NCBI RefSeq assembly: GCF_030028105.1
Contig: NC_092379.1
Span: 26,529,821 to 26,593,820 of the forward strand
Length of the DNA stretch: 64,000 nt
Source of the DNA: Mobula birostris
Lineage: Eukaryota
Direction: 5' to 3'
How positions within the stretch are numbered: the first letter of the stretch is position 1; every line of letters begins with the position of its first letter. Both the position numbers and the translations under genes were made by a program. This document shows positions 11,579-24,910 of the stretch, one piece after another. The notes beneath the pieces were generated by a model, which was not told the origin of the DNA, ran no database searches, and was given only the letters and a program-made list of their open reading frames with translations.

Positions 11579-14011
11579 TGTAATGGTCCTGTGATGCATT
11601 TCTCCCGCCAGTGAAAGGTTACATGATGGCCTGTTCTCAACAGGTATAAAGGAGACCCCTGGTATGACGCTGTTAGGTTTTTTTTCAGTTGAGTTTTATA
11701 CTTTATTGGTTACTCCGTTATGCTGCACGTTTATTTCATGACGCCGTTTAGTTTTAAATAGGAGTTATACATTTTGTTGTAAGGAAAAATAGCTGTACCG
11801 GCAGTTTCACCAATCGTTGCCAACTTTGTTGGTGTATCCTTGATTTATCTTTACAGTAGTATTGGAGAGCGAAAACCTTACTAAAGTACGGGAACCTGAA
11901 GGATCGGAAAAGTTGCAGTCGTTTGGCGGTTTAATGAAGGATCGACCTTGTTGAGGAGTCGTTCAGAATATGGTGACCTGTATCTGAGATAACTCCTGCA
12001 AGAGCCGATAAGTTTGTATAGGTTCACTAGCCAGGACAAGGTCAGTTCCTAGAAGCCATTGTATTTCCTTCGTCGTGAATCCTTTGTAGAATCAGCAGTA
12101 ACGACCTGTCTTCGAAGAAATCCGTTTCCAGAGAAGTCTCTCCTTATTGACTGTGTAAATCACTTGGACTTTCGAATTTACCATTTTGAGACTAAGTTCG
12201 AATTTACTCCTTTAAGAACTGTTTTCGCATTTACCCTTTTACGAACTGTTCCAGATTTGCCGTGTTGCAGTTAACTTCTGGTTATGTTAGTCGCTTTGAA
12301 TGCATTTTGCTATTTTTGAGCAGAGTTTAATAAATGTTTGTTTGTTTTTATAAAACCTGACTCAATTGATATATTCATTGTTACCAACCACCTAACAGAA
12401 ATGGGGACTTGTGGGATTGTTCCAATTTGAGTTTAATTGCTTGTTTAATTATCAATCTGATTTGGAAAAGGGAAATATCCGATTCTTTCGTATGATTGGT
12501 CTGTGGGTGGTATTCGGCCGCAATGAATATTGACGAGTTTATGGATTCACCAGACTAGGTGGTATTAGCAAAGGCGAAAAAGGGTGAGGTATCCGAGATT
12601 CCTGGAAGGTTGGACCTTAAAGGGATTACGCAGGTTACAACAAAACCAGTAGTTCAGAGGAATGTAGCAGAACATTATATACTTTCAGGAAATTTTGGTG
12701 ATGAGATGTTAGGGAAGTTTCCAATGAGTACACTGTAAACGCAGTTATATGTTGATCAGATATTGTTTGAACAACTTAAAGCAGAAAGGGCCGAAAGAGA
12801 GGCGAATAAAATAAGGGAATTTGAAGAAAGAGAGGCAAATAAACGAAGGGAATTTGAAGAGAGAAAGAAAAATAAAATAAGGAAATTTAAAGAAGTTGAA
12901 ATGATAACCAGAGGAAATTTGAAATAGAGATGGAGAAATTAAGATTGAAAGATCAGTCCTCTGGTTCTAGGAAACAGTTTGTTGCTGGCCGAGAATTTAT
13001 TTTGAATCCTCTATTTAATGAAACATAAGTGGACAAATATTTCCAACATTTTGAGTTTAGGGTGGCCGAAGGATAAATGGCCAGTGATGTTACAAAGTGT
13101 AATTAGAGGTAAGGCACAACAAGTTTATATTGCTTTAACTGCTGACCAAGCACTTGATTCTGATGTTGTGAAGCAGCATATAATGAAAGCGTATGAACTG
13201 ATTCCAGAAGCTTATAGAGAAAGATTCAGAAATTTGATGAAATCTGTTGGGAAAAAAAAACACGTGGAATTTGCCTGCGGGAAATCTGTGTCTTTTGAGG
13301 GATGGGTTTCATCTAAAATAGTAGATGCTATTGGAGGAATTCAAAAGGAGCATTTTTTGTTGAAGTAAGGGGATACTAAAATTAGAGGGACACTGCTACA
13401 TTGTAGGAGTCTGCTGAATTAGCTGATGAGTATGCTTTAATTGATAAGAGTAAAGATTGTCAAGGTAGAACTTTTAAAAGGAAAAAAAAAATAGTACAGA
13501 GCGTCAAGGTAAACCAGAAATTAAATCTGAAGTTAGCGAGAAAGGTAAGGATGAAGGGAGACAAGTGAAGGAAAACATTTTGGTACTATTTATAATTATT
13601 GTAAGAAACCTGGACATGTGATATCTAACTGCTTTCGATTGAAAAAGAAGGAGGAGGAGGCAGTCCCAGATGCTTGTTTGCAGCACATTGAAAGACCTGT
13701 GAATCCACAGATTTCAATAAATACAAATGAAGCGTTGTCAGAGTTTGATCAAGTTAAGAGGGATATGAACAATTTATAACCGAGGGATTTGTATCCTTTA
13801 AATAGGCATCCACTCTAGTGCCAATAAGAATCCTTAGGGATACTGGAGCTTCTCAACACTAGTGCCAGACAGTGTTTTAAAGTTTAATGATGAATCTGAC
13901 ATTGCTGAGGTAAACAATATACAAGGAGTTCGGAGTGCCCTAATACCGGTACGTTTGAACAGAGGAAATTTAAGATAAGAGTTCGTTACAGGGCCCGTTA
14001 AAGTAGGGCTA
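11579..14011 (+). mobile_element. Gmr1-like gypsy element 1: 5' LTR (11579-12397), degenerate tRNA-Pro-like PBS, decayed gag and protease start; 3' half missing
   Basis: LTR runs TG…CA, then gaaatggggacttgtgggat. The gag region reads WPKDKWPVMLQSVIRGKAQQVY…AYELIPEAYRERFR. It has a CCHC (NYCKKPGHVISNC) and protease LRDTGAS. It is homologous to element 2. Confidence 0.85.
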
Positions 14012-15090
14012 CAACTCGTCATTCGGCAGTGGCTCTCAAAGCGTTAAATGCTAAAACAGTTCTGAAAGCGACAGATTTGTACGTTCACTTGGGAGAGACT
14101 TCCCTAGAGAAGGATTTCTTCATGGACGCGACGTTCCTGCTCGTTCTGTCGACAGGATTCACGATGTAATAAATAAGCAATTTAAAACAACTGACATTAA
14201 AATCCTTTAGAGAAAGAGGAAACCTTTGCATGACCGTGTTGTTTTCTTTTTGGCAAGAGTTGTCTCGATGCAGCTCACTATTCCACCAACGAAGACTCAA
14301 TAAGGTCGTTCTTTTATTAAATTGACAAACGATGCCGACTCCTCTCGATCCTTCAGTCCTGTACTTCAATAAATTCTTCACCCTCCCTTCTACTGTTGGA
14401 ATTGGGTAAATCAACACATCTAGCAAAAACGTCCGGTCCAATAGCATGGTATCTTGCAAGAAAACACAATACTCCGCTTTTAATTGAAACTGCCTCACAA
14501 AAACAGACACGCAACAGAAACGGAGACACAGCACGTTCTACCTGGAAATCTACAAACTAAAAAAAAACCACTGCGTCATCTGGGTCGACCCTTATATATT
14601 CTTGGTGCACATATCATTACGTGACCTCACATCGGCTGGAGAACACAACAGGTGACCTCCAAAAGACCATTACATTATTCTCACCAAAAAAACACAGATC
14701 TCCTTGAGCATGTAACACCTCCCTCCAAAAAAAATGTCTCTTAAAGAACAAATTTTTAACAATTATCAATTTATACAAAAAAATACAAGGGTACAAAATT
14801 TACAAAATACAAAATTATTGCAATATTATCTTTAAGCCCTTTACAAACTAATCTACAGTAGGAGTGTTACAAATTTTAAAATATCACTCCAAAAAAACAC
14901 ATTTTCATTGTACATTTAACATCTAGACAAACATTTAGCGATCACATTGTCTTTACCCTTAAAATGAGTGATCAAAATACTGTACTCCTGTAACATTAGA
15001 CTGTTTTATTACACTGGTGTCTAATTTCCTAAACCCTTTTCCTTAACAGTCACAGTGGCATGGCCAAATTCACTTTCTGCTAAGTTAATA

Positions 15091-15578
15091 AGCCTCCAAC
15101 CTAATGACGTGAACATTGACTTCTCTAACTTCCGCTAATGCCCCGCCTCCCCCTCGTACCCTATCTGTTATTTGTACACACACATTCTTTCTGTCACTCT
15201 TCTTTTTCTCCCTCTGTCCATCTGATTATACTCCTTGCCCATCCTCTGAGTTCCTCCACAACCCCCCCCCCGGTTTTTCCTTCTCCCTCCGCTTCCTGTC
15301 CCATGATCCTCTAGTATCTCTTTTGCCAATCACCTGTCCAGGTTTTGGATCTATCCCTCCGCCTCCTGACTTTTCCTATCATTTTGGATCTCCCCCTCTC
15401 CTCCACTTTCAAATCTCTTACTAGCCCTTCCTTCAGTTAGTCCTGACGAAGGATCCCGGCCTTAAACGTCGACTGTACCTCTTCCTAGGGATGCTGCCTG
15501 ACCTGCTCCGTTCACCAGCAACATTGATGAGTGTTGCTTGAATTTCTAGCATCTGCATAATTCCTCGTGTTTGTGAAC
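15091..15578 (+). mobile_element. 5'-truncated Penelope-like element nested in the gypsy RT, with 6-bp TSD
   Basis: Starts in the GIY-YIG C-terminus (SLQPNDVNIDFSNFR*). Flanked by ttaata at 15085-15090 and 15579-15584. Removing it restores RT-like NLTINLAESEFGHATVT. Confidence 0.85.
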
Positions 15579-18500
15579 TTAATAGTTAAGTTAGCTTTTG
15601 AAAGTCACTCACATAATTACTCCACCGTCGTAATATGTGCTCTCCGTGTATTATTCCCTGTAACCAAATCATCAATATAGGCATCTGTATATTTTAATCC
15701 CTGAATCACGCTATTAATCATCCTCTGAAAAGTACCTGGTGCATTCTTCATCCCAACTGGAAGAACGTTATATTCATATAACCCAGGTGGGGTGACAAAT
15801 GCTGAAATCTCTCTAACCTCTTTCCGTCAATGGAGCACATCAATAACCTTTTAACAAATCAATTCTTGTAAGGAATTTAGCCTGTCCAACTTTATCCACG
15901 CAATCATAGACTCTAGGGATTGGATATGCATCGGTGTTCGTACATCGTACATAACCTAATACTATTCTCTGGCTTAGGCACAATAACACACGGTGAACAA
16001 TTCGATTTCGAATGCCTAATAATATATACATATACTAACATATACTTAATTTCTTGTTCAGCAAGTTCACATTTTTCCCTGTTCATTTGATGCGGATGTT
16101 GTTTTATGGGTTTTGGATCTCTAACATCTACATCATGCGTAGCTACGGTGGTTCTTAGCGGGACGTCTGGAAATAAATCTCTATATTTAAAAATTAACTG
16201 TTTCTCTGCTCTCTCTGCTCTGGCTGTAAATGAGTTAATTTTTCATCAGTATTTTCCAGAATTTTTGAATTTTGGTAACCTGGCTGAAATAATGTTGGGT
16301 TTAAAATGAGTTTCAGACAAATCCTGCAGTAAGTTTTCATCAAGATCAGACTCATTATTGAACACAACAGTCATAGCCGCACCCTGTCTCTCATAATACG
16401 GTTTTATTATATTTATATGACACAGCTGTGTTGTCTTTCTCCGATCTGGAGTTTTTACCACATAATCCACATCATTGTAATTGGTAACAGGCTTGTAATA
16501 GGTTCGTTTGCACTGGGAAAAGAACCAACACCTTATCTCGGGGCTTAAATGACCTCATCCTAGCTTCCTTATCATACCACGTCTTCATCTTCCTTTGAGC
16601 TAATTTTAAATTTTCCTTGGCCAAGCTACAAGCTTTATACAATCTGTCTTAAATTTCAAAACATAATCTAGCAAATAAGTGTGTAGTTCTTTATTAATCC
16701 ACTGTTCCTTCAACAAAGCCAAAAGTACTCGAACTCTATGCCCAAACACAAGTTCCAGAGGACTAAAATCTAATGATTCCTGTACTGCCCTCCCCCCCCC
16801 TTACTGCAAAAAGTAGTGAATGTTTAACTTCATCTCGGTCCTTTTTATTTTACACACAATATGTCCTAATCATAGTTTTTAGTATAGAATGAAATCTCTC
16901 CAAGGCTCCTTGTGATTCTGGACGATCGGCTGAGGAAACAAACTGTTTTGGTCCCAACTTATAACCTATTTGCTGAAACAACCCTGACATAAAATTACTG
17001 CCTTGATCTGACTGTATTTCCTTAGGCAATACAAAATAAGTAAAGAATTCAATAAGAGCTTTTGTCATAGTTTTGGCTCTTATATTCCTAATAGGTACTG
17101 ACTCTGGAAACCTAGACGCTGTACAGATAATAGTTAATATATACTGATGTCCAGTTTTAGCTTTTAGCAAGGAACGACACAGTCTACAATTAATTTTGAG
17201 AACGGCTCACCAAATACAGGAATTGGTTGAACTGGGGCCACTGGAGTAACTTGATTAGGTTTACCAACAGTTTGACACGTATGACATGTTCTACAAAATG
17301 TCGCCACATCTTGTCTTAAACTAGGCCAATAAAAATGTTTAGAAACTTTGTTCATAGTTTCTATCACCTAAATGACCACCCAAAGGAACACTATAAGCCA
17401 TAGTTGAAATCTCATTTCGGTAAATTTTAGGAACTACTACCTGATGATTAACTTCCCATTCCTCATTAGCAGAAATTGTAGCTGATCTACAGTTTCTCAT
17501 TAACAACCCCTTTTCAAAATAATATCCAACTGGTACTTTTTCAATATCACTATCTGGAACAGCTTGTTCTTATAATTTAACTGTCTCAGGATCTCTATAC
17601 TGCTCTGCTATCATCTCCTTCCGAGAGAAAAACAAATCTTCCTGATCAGACATGCCAACAAAATCATGATCAAATAAGGTAGGTAAGAAGGTTTCTGATA
17701 CATCCTCAAAATTCGAATCTTGATTTGTACTGTCATGGGTAACAACCTCATTCTTTACATCAGTCTTTTTAGCCTTAGCTCTTGTTACAACACAGGGAGA
17801 ATCTGTGTTAGAATTCCTCTGTGGTTCCTCAGTATTTGAATTTATTGACAAATGCACTTCAGTAAAAAACTTGTCCACCTGCAAAAACCATTCCCTGACA
17901 AAAGGGAAACATCATTCACAGGTAAACGGGATTTCAGTCCTACTTTAACAACCCCTGTAATTAATCCTGACCTTAACTGTACTCTATGTACTGGCATTAG
18001 GGCACTCCCTACTCCTCTTATATAATTTATCTTCAATATGAGACTCACCAGTAAACTACAGCACACTGTCTAATATTAGTGATTGCGAAGCTCCAGTATC
18101 TCTAAGTATTCTTATTGGTACTGAATTGGATCCTTCTTTCAAGGATACAAATCGTTCGGTTATAAAAGTTTCACATCCCTTCTTAACTTGGTCAGACTCT
18201 GACCCATCTGCATTAGTATTTTCTAAAGCATGTAGCTTTACATGTTTTTCAATATGCTGCACACAAGCATCTGGGACAAATTCTTTCCCTTTCCTTTTCA
18301 ATCGGAAACAATTAGCTACTACATGTGCACCTTTCTTACAGTAATTACAAATAATACAAAAATGTCTTTCCTTCACAGGTCTCCCTTAATCCTTCCTTTT
18401 TCCAGTAACTTCAGATTTACTTTCTGCTTTACGTTGACTCTCTCTGCTATTTTTCCTTTAAAAAAAAAATTCCTGGAGAAAATTTATTCTTTTGAACTAA

Positions 18501-19449
18501 AACATACTCATCAGCTAATTTAGCAATCTCCTGCAATGTAGCAGTGTCCCTTTCATTTAAGTATGTTCTCATTTCAACGGGAATGCTTCTTTTAAACTCC
18601 TCCTGCAAAATCAGCTCTTTGAATTTATTATACTCCCCAGTCACGTCTTCAGAGGAAACACATCTCTCAAAACACACAGATTTCACATAGGCAAATTCCA
18701 CATAAATTTTTTTTTCCACCGATTTCCTCAAACTTCTGAATCTTTCTCTATACGTTTCCGGAACCATCTCATATGCCTTTAATATGTGTTACTGAACGAT
18801 ATCATAATCCAGTGCTTTCTCAGCATTTAAAGGTGTATAAACTGGTTGTGCCTTGCCTTTAATTACACTTTGTAACATCATTGGCCATTGTTCTTTCGGC
18901 CATTTTAAACTCAGAGTACAGTTTCGAAATGTTGGAAATACTTGTCCACATCAGCTCCACTAAATGGAGGAGCCAAAATAACCTCAAGACTAGCAATAAA
19001 CTGTTTCGCAGAACCAGAAGACTGACTCCCGGAGTTTAATTTCTGCATCTCTATCTCGAATTTCCTCTGGTTTTCAGCTTCACTTTTTTTAAAATTCCCT
19101 TAATTTAATAGCCTCCATAGCCTCGAATTCCTTCTGTTTATTTACAGCTCTAACCGACTCTTTTCCAAATCAGCTTCTAATTGCTTAAACTTTATTCGTT
19201 CAGGTTGTAACTGCATTTCCGGATTACTCATTTGAAACTTATCTAACACCTCCTCGTCAAATAATTCCAAATTAATATAATGTTCAGCAATTTTTCTTTG
19301 TATGAAAGCCTTGGCGGAGTTTCGCGTAATTGCTTTAATATCCAACTTCATTCCAGTCTCCAGTACCTCAGGATTTCCCTCAATCTCTAAAGATCCCAAG
19401 TCAGGCGTCTCCATAAACCCGTCAATATCCATTGTTGCCGAATACAACA

Positions 19450-19682
19450 NNNNNNNNNNNNNNNNNNNNNNNNNNNNNNNNNNNNNNNNNNNNNNNNNNN
19501 NNNNNNNNNNNNNNNNNNNNNNNNNNNNNNNNNNNNNNNNNNNNNNNNNNNNNNNNNNNNNNNNNNNNNNNNNNNNNNNNNNNNNNNNNNNNNNNNNNNN
19601 NNNNNNNNNNNNNNNNNNNNNNNNNNNNNNNNNNNNNNNNNNNNNNNNNNNNNNNNNNNNNNNNNNNNNNNNNNNNNNNNNN
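19450..19682. other. Assembly gap (233 N)
   Basis: Run of n. Confidence 1.
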
Positions 19683-20889
19683 TTTTCCAAATATAAATGG
19701 TAATTACCAGCACTTAAACTCAAAATCGGAACACCACACGCGAGCCCCCACAGTTTATGTGACGCAACCGGCAACAATGAGAATCAATCGAGACAGGTTA
19801 TATAAAACAACCAAACATTTATTAAACAACGATAAACGATAAGGAAAACAAAAACGAAAATTTTAACCGGAAGTTAACCACTATGCAGCCGTTCACCAAC
19901 TCGTCACTCGGCACTGGCTCTCAAAGCGTTAAATGCGAAAACAGTTCTTAAAGCGATAAAGTCAGATATAGTTCTTTAAGCGACAAATTCGAAAGTCCAA
20001 CAGATTTATACGTTCACTTGGGAGAGACTTCTCTGCAGAAGGATTTCTTCATGGACGCAACTTTCCTGCTGGTTCTGTCTACAGGATTCACGATGCAGTA
20101 AATAAACAGTCTAAAACAGCTGACCTTAAATCCCTTTAGGGAGAGAGCACAACTCTGCATGGACTCCTTGCTCGTTTTGGCAAGAGTTATCCCGAAGCAG
20201 GTCGCTACTCTTCCACCGAAGACTCAATAAGGTCGATCCTTTATTAAACTGCCAGACGATGCCGACTCCTCTCGATCCTTCGGTCCTGTACTTCGATAAA
20301 TTCTTCACTCTCCGTTCTACTGTTGGAATTGGATAAATCAACACATTTTGCACTAATTTCTAGTCCGATAATATGGTATCTTGCAATAGAACTAATACTC
20401 CGCTTTAAAAATTAAACTGCGTCACAAGTGCAAACACGTTACAGAAACGGCAACACAGCACGTTCTACCTGGAAATCTAGAAACTTAAAAAAAACACTGC
20501 GTCATCTGGATCTACCCTTATATATTCATAGTGCACATGTCATCACATGACCTCACATCGGCGGGAAAATCACACCAGGTCACCTCCAAAAGACCGTTAC
20601 ATCGTTCTCACAATAAAACAACACATCTCCTTGAGCATGTAGCAATATTTAAAATAAAATAATTATATATCATTGATCAACCATGATTTGTGGAGAAAGG
20701 GCAGAAGACAGGAGACTGGGGCTGAGAGGGAAAATGAATCAGCTGATATGAAATGGGGCTGCAGACTCGATGTATCAAATATACTAATTCTCCTCATATA
20801 TGTTATTTGCAGAATAGCGCAGTCGTTATATATATATTTCTTTTTTCCGGCGATTTGAAGGGGGCACGACTGTGCAAGCACGTGGAGGT

Positions 20890-23800
20890 CGGCCAGTGAG
20901 AATAGCGGGAACAGTTTAAAAGGAAGACAGATTTCTAGAGAGGGAGTGGGAGGAGCGGGCGTCCGAGTAGTGGGAGATGGAGTAGGAAGGTTTTAGCTCA
21001 TCGGGGCTTCGACGATAAAGAGTCGAGGCTCGATAGGTTAAATTTGTTTAGAACGATGACTGGAAGTATGTGTGTGAGGCCGGTTTTCTGTGCTCGGTGT
21101 CAGATGTGGGAGGTCCTGGAGACTCCCTGCCTCGCGGCCGACCACATCTGCACCAGCTGTGTCGAGCTGCAGCTCCGTAGGGACCGAGTTAGGGAAAATA
21201 GAACTGCAGCTAGATGATCTTCGTCTGGTCAGGGAGAGTGAGGAGGTGATAGAGAGCAGCTATAGGAAGGTGTTCACTCCGGGACCACATGAGACAGAGA
21301 AGAGTGCAGTCCGGAGAGGTAAGGACAAGAAGCATGTACTAGAGAGTACCCCAGTGGCGATAGTCCTTAACAATAAGTATTCTTGCTTGAGTACTGTTGA
21401 GGGGATACCCTTGCTGAGGGGAGCGACACTGGTCGCGCCTCTGGTACAAAGTCTGGCCCTGTGGCTCAGAAGTGTAGGGAAAGGAAGACGATGGCAGCAG
21501 TGGTAGTGAACTCTATAGTTAGGGGGTCAAATAGAAAATTCTGTGGACGCAGGTATGAAATGCGGACGTTAGTTTGCCTCCCAGGTGACAGGGTCCGGGA
21601 TGTTTCTGATCGCGTCCACGATATCGAAGTGGAAAAGAGAACAGCCAAAGGTTGTGTACTTATTGGTACCATCGAAATAGGTTGGAAAAGGGAGGAGGCC
21701 CTAAAACAGACTACAAGGTGTTAGGAAATAAGCTGAGAAGCAGGACCTCAAACGTAGCAATCTCGGGATTACTGCCTGTACCAAGTGACAGTGAGTATAG
21801 GAACAGATTGAGGAGGAGGATAAAAGCATGGATGAGGGATTGTTGCAAGAGGCAGGGATTCATATTTCTGGATCATTTGGAGTTCCTCTGGTGCAAAGGT
21901 GAACTGTACAAAAAGGACGTATTACACCTGATTTCGAGGGAGACGAATATCCTGGCGGGAAGGTTTGCTTATGCTATTGGGCAGCGTTTAAACTTAAATG
22001 TCTGGTGGGCTGAGAACCAGCCTAAAGTGACGGAGGAAAAGGAGGTTGGTTCACAAATAGAGAAAGCTTGGAGACAGTGCGAAAAGGAGGTTAGGTTGTT
22101 GATAGAGCAGGAAGGCACTCAGTCCAATTGTTTTTGATGTGTCTATTTTAACGCAAGGAGACTCATGAATAAAGCCGACGAGCTTAGAGATGTTGTGGCC
22201 ACTACAGAGTTCTGGATGGTGCAGGAGCAGAAATGGCTACTTCAAGTGCCAAGCTTTAAACATTTCAGAAGGGATAGGGAGGGAGGCAAAAGTGCTGGGG
22301 GTGTGGACCTGTGGGTTAGAGATAATGTCACTGCTGCACAAAACGAGGAACCATGGAGGGGTTGTGTGCGGAATCTCTTCAAGTGGGACTTAGGAATAGG
22401 AAGTGGTCAATAATTCTACTCGGTGTTTTTCATGGACCACCCTGTAGTGCCACGGACATCGAGGATCAGATAGCGAAATAGATATTGGAAAGTACTAATA
22501 AAAGCAGGGTTGTTGTTGTGGGAGATTTTAATTTCCCAAATATTGATCGGCATCTTTCTAGAGTGAGGGGTTTAGATGGAATAGAGTTTGTTTTGTGTGT
22601 TCAGGAAGGTTTGTTGACGCAATATGTAGATAAGCCTACAAGACTAGAGGCTGTGTTTTATCTGGTTTTCTGAAATGAAACTGGTCAGGTGTCAATTCTA
22701 TCAGTGGGAGAGATTTTAGAAATAGTGATCAAAATTCTGTCTGCTTGCCGTGGCATTGGAGAGCGATAGGAACAGAGAAGTGAGGAAAACGTTTACTTGG
22801 GAGAAGGGGAAATACGAGAATATCAGGCAGGATCTTGGAAGCATAAATTGGAAGCATATGTTCTCAGGGAAAAGTCGGAAGAAATATAGCAAATGGTCAG
22901 GGGTTATTTGCGTGAGGTTCTGAGCAGGCACGTTCCAATGAAACATCGACAGGCTGGTAGGGTACATGATCCGTGCAAAGGCTGTTATAAATCTAGTCAA
23001 GAAGAAAAGAAAAGCTTACGAAAGGTTAAAAAAAGAACAACTAGATAAAGTTAGAAATCTAGAAGAGTATAAGGCTAGCAGGAATGAATTGAAGAATGAA
23101 ATTAGGAGAGCTAGAAGGAGCCATGAGATGGCATTGGCGGACAAAATTAAGGAAAAGCCCAAGACATTCTACAAGTATGTGAACGGCAAGAGGATAATAC
23201 GTGAGAGAAAAGGACCAATCAAGTGTGACAGTGGAAAAGTGCGCATGAAACTGGAGGAAATAGCGAAGGTTCTTAATGTATACTTTGCCGTCGTATTCAC
23301 TACGAAAAGGATTTTGGCGATTGTAGGTATGACTTGCAGTAGACTGAAAAGCTTGAGTTTACTTATATTATGGAATAGGCTGTGCTGGAGCTGGTGTAAA
23401 CATCATGTTGGATAAGTCACCGGGTTCGGCCGGAATGTACCCCAGGCTACTGTGGGAAGCGAGGGAGGTGATTGCTGATCCTCTGGCAATGTTCTTTACA
23501 AGAGCAATGGGGAGGGCAGAGATTCCGGAAGACTGGAGCGTTGCGGATGTTGACCCCTTGTTAAACAAAGGGAATGGGATAGCCCAGAAAATTATAGGTC
23601 AGTGAGTCTTTCTTCAGTGGTTGGTAAGTTGATTGTGAAGATCTTGAGAGGGAGGATTTATGAACATTTGGAGAGGCATAATAAGATTCAGAATAGTCAG
23701 CATGGCTTTGTCAAATGCAGGTCGTGCCTTACGAGCCTAACTGGAGTTTTTGAGGATGTGACTAAACACATGATGAAGGTAGAGGCGTTGAATTAGTGTT

Positions 23801-24910
23801 TATGGATTTTAGCAAGGCATTTGATAAGGTACCACATGGAAGTATATTGAGAATGTAAGGAAGCATGGGATCCAAGGGGACATTGCTCTGTTGATCTGGA
23901 ACTGGCTTACTCACAGAAGGCAAAGAGTGGTTGTGGACGGGTCATATTCTGCATAAATGCCGGTGACAAGTGTGTACCTCAAGGATCTGTTCTGGTACCC
24001 CTACTCTTTGTAATTTTCATAAATGACCTGGATGCGGAACAGGAGGAAAGGGTTAGTAAATTTACTAATGACACAAAGGCTAGGGGTGTTGTGGATAGTG
24101 TGGAGGGCTGTCAGAGGTTACAAAGGGACATTGATAGGGTAAGACACTGGGCTGCGAAGTGGAAAATGGATTTCTACCCAGATAAGTGCGAGGTAGATCA
24201 TTTTCGTAAGTCACGTATAATTGTAGAATATAGCATTCATTTATAGACTCTTGGCAGTGTGCAAGGTTAAAAGGATTCTGGGGGTCAGAGTCCATAGGAC
24301 ACTCAAAGCTGCTACGCAGGTTGACTCTGTGGTTAAGAAGGCATTTGGTGCATTGGCCTTCATCATTCGTGGGACTAGGTTTAAGAGCCAAGAGGAAATG
24401 TTGCAACTATAAGGGACCCTGGTCAGACTCCAGTTGGAGTACTGTCCTCAATTCTGGTAGTGTCACTACAGAAAGGACGTAAAAACCATAGAAAGGGTGC
24501 AGATGAGACTTACAAGGATGGTGCCTGGATTTGGGATCATGCCTTTTGAGAATAGGTTAAGTGAAACGCGGCCCTTTCTCCTTGAGCGACGCAGGATGAG
24601 AGGTGACCTGATGGACGTGTACAAGATAATGAGAGATATTGATCTTGTGGATATTCGGATACTCTTCCCCAGGGCTGAAATGGCTAGCACGGGAGGACAT
24701 AGTTTTAAGGTACTTCGAAGTAGGTACAGCCGAGATGTCAGGGGTGCGTTTTAGACAGAAAGTGGTGAGTGCCTGGAATGGGCTGCCGGCGGCGGTGATG
24801 GAGGCGGAAAAGATAGGGTCTTGTAAGATACGCATGGAGTTCGAAAAATAGAGGGCTATAGGTAAAGCGTAGGTACTTCTAATGTCGGAGCATGTTCGTC
24901 ACAGCTTTGT
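20890..24910 (+). mobile_element. Near-full-length decayed CR1 LINE (ORF1 zinc finger + SGNH/esterase; ORF2 APE + RT)
   Basis: ORF1 has RPVFCARCQMWEV…HICTSC and AISGLLPVP…QGFIFLDH. APE has VVVGDFNFPNID. RT pieces include SQHGFVKCRSCLTSL and RRRMRGDLMDVYKIM. Ends in a CR1 tail. Multiple stops. Confidence 0.92.

Larger units (their letters stand above)
14012..20644 (-). mobile_element. Gmr1-like gypsy element 2: 5' LTR 20644-19758, PBS 19750-19741, gag-PR-INT-RT-RH, PPT, truncated 3' LTR 14717-14012
   Basis: The two LTR copies are directly alignable. PBS is TGGGGGCTCG (tRNA-Pro complement). The gag ATG is at 19432, CCHC at 18349-18308 and DTG at 18100-18092. Integrase motifs are CRTCHTCQ, EIQSDQGSNF and SQGALERFH (about 17400-16850). 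RT YIDD is at 15679-15668 and RH reads LQEYSILITHFKGKDNVIA. A purine tract GGAGGGAGG precedes the 3' LTR. Many stops and frameshifts. Confidence 0.92.

Noticed and set aside
19142-19842. Long ORFs containing X runs
   Set aside because: Artefacts of translating through the N gap.
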